DNA of 64,000 bases from Mantamonas sphyraenae STR306 (taxonomy: Eukaryota > Protista > CRuMs): assembly GCA_026936335.1 (NCBI GenBank), contig JAPMXV010000030.1, forward strand, positions 248,001 through 312,000. The letters are read 5' to 3'. The first letter of the stretch is position 1. Each line of letters begins with the position of its first letter. Made by a program: the position numbers and the translations under genes. Below are positions 58,601 through 64,000 of this stretch, one piece after another. The notes below the pieces were generated by a model that worked only from the letters and a program-made list of their open reading frames with translations, made no database searches and was not told the DNA's origin.

Positions 58601-61600
58601 TTCTTTCTGGATTGAGTCGAAAAGACGAGACGGTTGTTGCCGTGAAGCGACACATCCAGCGCATCTTTCACATCAGCTTCAAGCTGCCAGACAGGTTCCG
58701 GGAGCACCTGGCGTCGTCTTTTGGAGACGTACTCAATCACAGCAACGAGGAGTACCGCGCGCAGGTGAGCAGCAGGGGTGAAACGGTGGACCATTTCAAG
58801 GCAGAGGTAGCGAGGCTGAGGCAGATGCAAGAGGTGGTAAGCAGCAAGCTACCAGATCACATCCGTTTCGGGATGTACGACATCGAGTGTGGGCAGTTGC
58901 GCAGGGATCTGTTTGCTCGGCTGGAGGAATGCGTGCAAATCCTGTTTGACATGCTGCGCGAGCTGACACACGAGGAGGTGCGGTCGCATCTGGACGCGCT
59001 CAAGAGTGTGCACGAGCGGCTTGCTCGCGAGGTGCACGGCGCACCTGCGATCTCTGAGCAGCGTGAGCTGCTGGATTGGTTTCGTACGCAACGCACCATG
59101 CGAAAGGCAGATGTGCAGTCGGTGATGATCAAGTACGCAGCGATGGAACAGCTTCGATGCAGTGTGAGTGACGAGATGATTGGGCTGCAGTGGCAGCTGT
59201 TTGCGTACGAAGGACGGCTGGCGCAGGTTTACAACACAGCACTGCGTCGGCTTGAGGAGGCGACTGTGGCCACAAAGAAGGAGCTGGAAGCACGGGAAGC
59301 AGAGCTTCACGCACGCGTGGACACAGTTCGTGCGGCCATGCGCGCAGTGCGGCGACATGGGAACACGGATCAGGCAGAGGAGGCAGCGAAGGAAACGCAG
59401 GAGACAAAGGGCAAGGTGGAGCTGTGGCAACGTGACGTGCAAGAGTTGAGGGATCACCAGGCCATGGTGGGCATGGTGCCGATGGAAGGAGATGCTTTGG
59501 AAGAGGATTTGGAGGTGTTTGAGACGCTGCATGTGTTCTGGAACCTGGCCGCAGACTGGACGTTTGCGTTGGCCGAATGGGCCATCACCCCGTTCTCGGA
59601 GATGGACAGCGCGAGTGTGGAGCAGCGTATGCATGGGTTCCACGACGGATTGGCACGGCTGATGGGCCTCCTGCAGGAACTTGGAGACGTGACCGCACAG
59701 GCGTTGGGAGCTGCGTATGCACTGAACGAGCAGATGACGGCCAGTGCCTCACAAATCAGGCTGCTGCTGCTGTTTACACAGGCTGGGCTTGCGCGCAGGC
59801 ATTGGGAGAATATGTCAGTTACGCTGCAGGTGGACTACTTGTCGCCCGAATCGAGCCTGGACATACTGATGGACATGGGGTTGGATGTTCGCCGTGCAGT
59901 GGCCCTTGTGGAGCCTGTGGCCCACCGCGCGCGCCAGGAGTATGCGATGGAGCAGCGTTTTCAAGCCATGCTCCAGGAGGCGAGGTCGTTCGAGCTGGAT
60001 TTGGAGCCATTGGAGGAGACCGGTGGACGAGTGATGGTGGGCGGGGAGGAGCTACTGGTGCTGGTGGAGGAACACGAGACGCAGGTGCGCCACATGAGCA
60101 CGAGTGAGTACGTGGAGCCTGTGCGCATGGACTTGATGGAATACTTGGACAGGCTTCTGCAAACGCGTGCACTGCTACAGCTGTGGGTTCAGTTCCAGGA
60201 GTCGTGGGTACACGTGAAGAGGGTGGCAAGCCGTGTGGATCTTTCGCGGCAGCTTCCAGTGGCCATGAGCATGTTTTCACAGGCAGACTCGTTGTGGGAG
60301 GGGTTCACTGATTCTGTGGCGCGAAACTCGCACGTGGTGCAGTTTGCGCATCGTGCGGGACTTAAGAAACGAAGCGGGATGGCGTTGAAGCTGCTGGAGT
60401 CTGTGCATGTCGAGCTGGGTGAATGGCTGGATTCCGTACGATCCACTTGTGCGCGTCTGTACCTGCTTTCGGATCCGGAGTTGCTGGAGGTGATGGGATG
60501 TGCCAACGCCATGTTGGAGGCGCCGCATCTGCTGGCAAAGTGCTTTGACCATGTGCGGACATTTGTGGACGACGGCAAGCACATTGTGGGAGTGGTGGGC
60601 ACAAACGGAGACGAGTTGACGGTGCACCCAGGTGTGGATTTGGGGCTTCCCGTGACGATGATGTTGAATGAGCTGCCACCGCGCATGGTGCGATCCATGC
60701 GTTCGCTGGTGAAGCGGTCTATGCGTGCTAGCGGCAGCGTGGCACAGGAGGCCACAGGCGCTGAACAGCGCCTCCCCAGCCAAGTTCAGCTGCTGGTGTC
60801 GTCCATCCGCTTCACGGACAGCGTGGAGCGTGCTCTACGTGCCCAACGCACGTCTGCAGAGCAACTCGACGCACTTCAAGCCTCGTTGAAGACGCACACG
60901 GAGAACGAAGTATCTCGCATTCGTGAATTGGAGGCTGCAGCGGATGCTGGTGAAGATGAAGAAGCACGGGCGGCCTCGCATGCCGCGCGTGCTCGCTTGT
61001 TGCAGCTGCTGCATCAGCGCGATGTGCTGCAGGAGTTGAAGGAAGAGGAGGCGGAGAGTACGTCGGATCTTGTGTGGACCAACCAAGTGCAGGTGTATGT
61101 GGACAGCAAGATGCGTGTGCATTTGCAGAGCATGGACATACGGGTTGCGTATGGGTACGAGTTTTGCGGGGTAGACAGGCACACGCTGGTTACACGGGGG
61201 ATGCAATCATGCTTCCGAGGCCTGCTACTGGCACATAGCATGCATGCTGGAGGAGTGCTGATTGGCGAACCCGGTTCGGGCAAGAGCACGACTGTCCTGG
61301 AGCTGGGACGCATGGCAGGACGGCTGACGGTGCAGTTTCATGGATCGCATGCAGTAACAGGTCAGGTGACGTCGCGTCTGGTGGCGCTTACGTGTGGTGT
61401 GGGAGCGTGGGCCTGCTTGGACGACGTTACACGTGTTCCCGACGGGGTGCTGATGGCAGTAGCAGGTCAACTGGCCACCCTGCACCGAAGCATCGCCACA
61501 AAGAGGCACTGGATGGTGGTTGGCAGCACGTACACGAGTGTCCACCCAGAAGCTGCCATGTTTGTCACGCTGAACCCGAGCATCCGTCACGGCCACCGCG

Positions 61601-64000
61601 TCCCGTCCAGCATCCACAGCCTGTTTCGGCCTGTGTCATTTGTGCAGCCCGACCACGCTGTCGTGTGCACAGCACTTCTCGCTGCGCATGGATGGGCAAA
61701 CAGCGACGTGTTGGCACGCAAGGTGGTCGGCGTGTTGGAGTGTGCGTATCAGCAGCAGGACAGGCGCCATTCGTTCCTGGACAACAGTTTGCGACTCTTG
61801 CGCCACATCATCAGTGCGGCCACTCGGTTGCGGTCTGTCGCCTCGCTGAGTGGCTCGCAGACGGAGGAGCAGCTTGTTGCTCAGTCCATGTACGAGGTGG
61901 CGGGCACAAAACTCAGTCCGCCGTGTCGCCAGCGCCTGATGAGGCTTCTCGAGCGCAGCTTTGGCTCCGTGCTTCCACCAAGTGGGCCACTGGACAGCAA
62001 GGAGGAGCAGCTTGGCGAACGCTTGCATGACGTGTGCGACGACCTTGGGCTTACCTTCCACGCAGGGATGCTGGCCAAAACGACGCAACTACTGCACAAC
62101 TTGGACACCCGCATGGGGGTGATTGTGTGTGGGGCGGCTGGTTCGGGCAAGACCACGTGTTTGGATGTGCTTAGCCGAGCTGTGAATCTGGACGATTTGC
62201 GAGCTGTCGAGGTTGATACACACGTGTTGCATACGCAGGCGCTGAGCAATCAACATCTCCTGGGCTGGTACGACGAACACAGCGAATGGCACGATGGCCT
62301 TGTGGCACGTGTCGTGCGTGAGGCGTTGGCGTCGCAGGGAAGACGCCTGGATGCGCTGGCAAACGGGATGCCAGAGGTCGATGCGGAGGGAGCCGAAGGC
62401 TATGGCACAGTGTCTGAACAGAGGGAAAGCAACAAGCCGCTGCAGCACTGGATTGTCTTTGACACGGCACCTTCGTCCGATTGGATGGATGTGTTTGGAT
62501 CGGTGCTGGAGGAGCCGCACAGGCTCTGTTTGGCAAACGGAGAAACCCTGGAGGTTCCAGAGTCGCTGCGCTTTGTGTTTGAAAGCAGCGACATGAAGCA
62601 CACGTCGCCCAACATTGTGTCCCGGTGCGGGATGGTGTTCTTTGACGAGGCTGATTTGCACTGGACGCACCTTTTTGACGCCTGGGTGGACTCGTGCGTA
62701 GAACCAATTGCAGAACGCCGCGGAGCAATGGAACACGTCCTGGAAACATGCGTGGACGAGCTGCACCAGCATGAACGGACACACCCACAGCACTACACGG
62801 TGTTGAGCAGCAGCACGAACACCACTGGCGCCCTGTTGAACCTACTGGACGCGATGTTGTCCATGCTGTGTGCAGATGTACGTGACCTTCCAATGGGCAA
62901 GCAAGATGTGGCGTTGCAGTGCGTGGCGAATCGGTTGCGCGAGAGCGTGGACGACACAGACACAGACCCGGAGGAGGAGGTGGATTTGCTGTCCTTAATC
63001 CCAGAGGAGCAGCTGGGCGACGTACTGGCAGCGGCAACCGTGTTTGCGGTGGTGTGGTCGTTTGGGGCGAATTGCACGCTGGCAGGGCGCACGTGGATGG
63101 ATGGCAGGTTGCGTGAGCTGTTACCCGCCAAGTGGCTGCCGCCCAATGATGGCGACGAAGGACACCGGGGCGTGTTTGGGCATGTGTTGAACATGGCCAC
63201 ATGCGCATGGGAGCCATGGGAGACCAGCAGCGTGGTTGCACCGGCGATGTGCACACCGATGCACGTCAACAGCATGCCCATTCTCACTCGAGAAATGCGT
63301 CCTGTGTCATACCTTTCTCACCTGTTGCTTTCGAGTGGATACCCGGTGCACGTGGTTGGGGAGACCGGCTCGAGCCGCACCACGCTTGTCGACCAACTGA
63401 TGCACACGTTTGGCAGCGACAGCATGGCGGGCAAGCTGCATTTTGTGCTGCGTTTGCACATGTCGCATGGCGCCACAAGCTCAGAGCAGCTGCGTGACAC
63501 ATTGTCCGGCGTGGCATCGAAGCGTTCCTTGACACGGCTTGGACCACGACCGGGCGGCAAACTGCTGCTCTTGCTGGAAGACGTCCACGTGGGCGGCAAG
63601 ACACACAGTGAAGGATTTGTGAGAGCACTGGTGGAGCGCAGGTCGTGGTACGCGGAGCAGACTGGATCGTTGATGCAGCTGGAAGATTTTGGAGTGCTCA
63701 TGACGTCTACGACGGGTGACCAGGCATGCCACGATGTGTCGACAAGGCGGCTGTTGCGACATTTCAACACGGTGACACTGCAATCACCGGGAGCTGCAAG
63801 CATGGTGGCCATCCTGGAAACGAGCAGTCTGGCGCGTGTGCACTTTCACGAGGCGGCGCGCGTGGCTGTGCTTCGCCCTCTGCTGGGATGTTTTGTGGAC
63901 ACCCTGCAATGGGCAAATGGGATGTCGTTGGGGCGATTGTGGTCGTTGCGAGACCTGCAACGGGTTGTAGAGTGCATGTTTCGTGCAGACACCCTGGGAT
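55613..64000 (+). CDS. Divergent dynein heavy chain (axonemal DNAH1/DNHD1-like), runs off the right edge; frameshift at ~55850-55900
   Basis: Manual translation gives RLYLLSDPELLE, YGYEFCG..LVT, AAA1 GEPGSGKST (61264), LFRPVSFVQPD, AAA2 GAAGSGKT (62131), EWHDGL, WIVFD..LCLANGE and SPNIVSRCGMV. Confidence 0.85.

Overview
This is gene-dense, GC-rich eukaryotic nuclear DNA with short GT-AG introns, most likely from a flagellated heterotrophic protist (inferred from an axonemal-type dynein, a sterol reductase and mitochondrial proteins). About 24 housekeeping genes are tightly packed. Many are broken by single-base indels that look like long-read consensus errors. The standout is a 6,042-bp insertion (34967-41008) between convergent SPT20-like and eIF4E genes, flanked by an exact 8-bp direct repeat (CTCCGTTA). 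It encodes one intact, intronless 1,679-aa protein whose C-terminus is a TnpB/Fanzor RuvC-zinc-finger nuclease with a predicted D-E-D triad. A ~1,000-aa N-terminal extension carries a possible SAP motif and a possible degenerate PIN/XPG-like fold. A strongly base-paired ~180-nt non-coding segment, the candidate omegaRNA, runs from the stop codon to the element end. The reconstructed empty site matches a duplicated copy of the eIF4E 3' end, which supports the boundaries and predicts the guide and TAM. Secondary oddities are a bacterial-type RNase P protein (RnpA), a prokaryote-type ArgRS and a degenerate dynein heavy chain. All assignments come from motif recognition by eye; no database searches were run.
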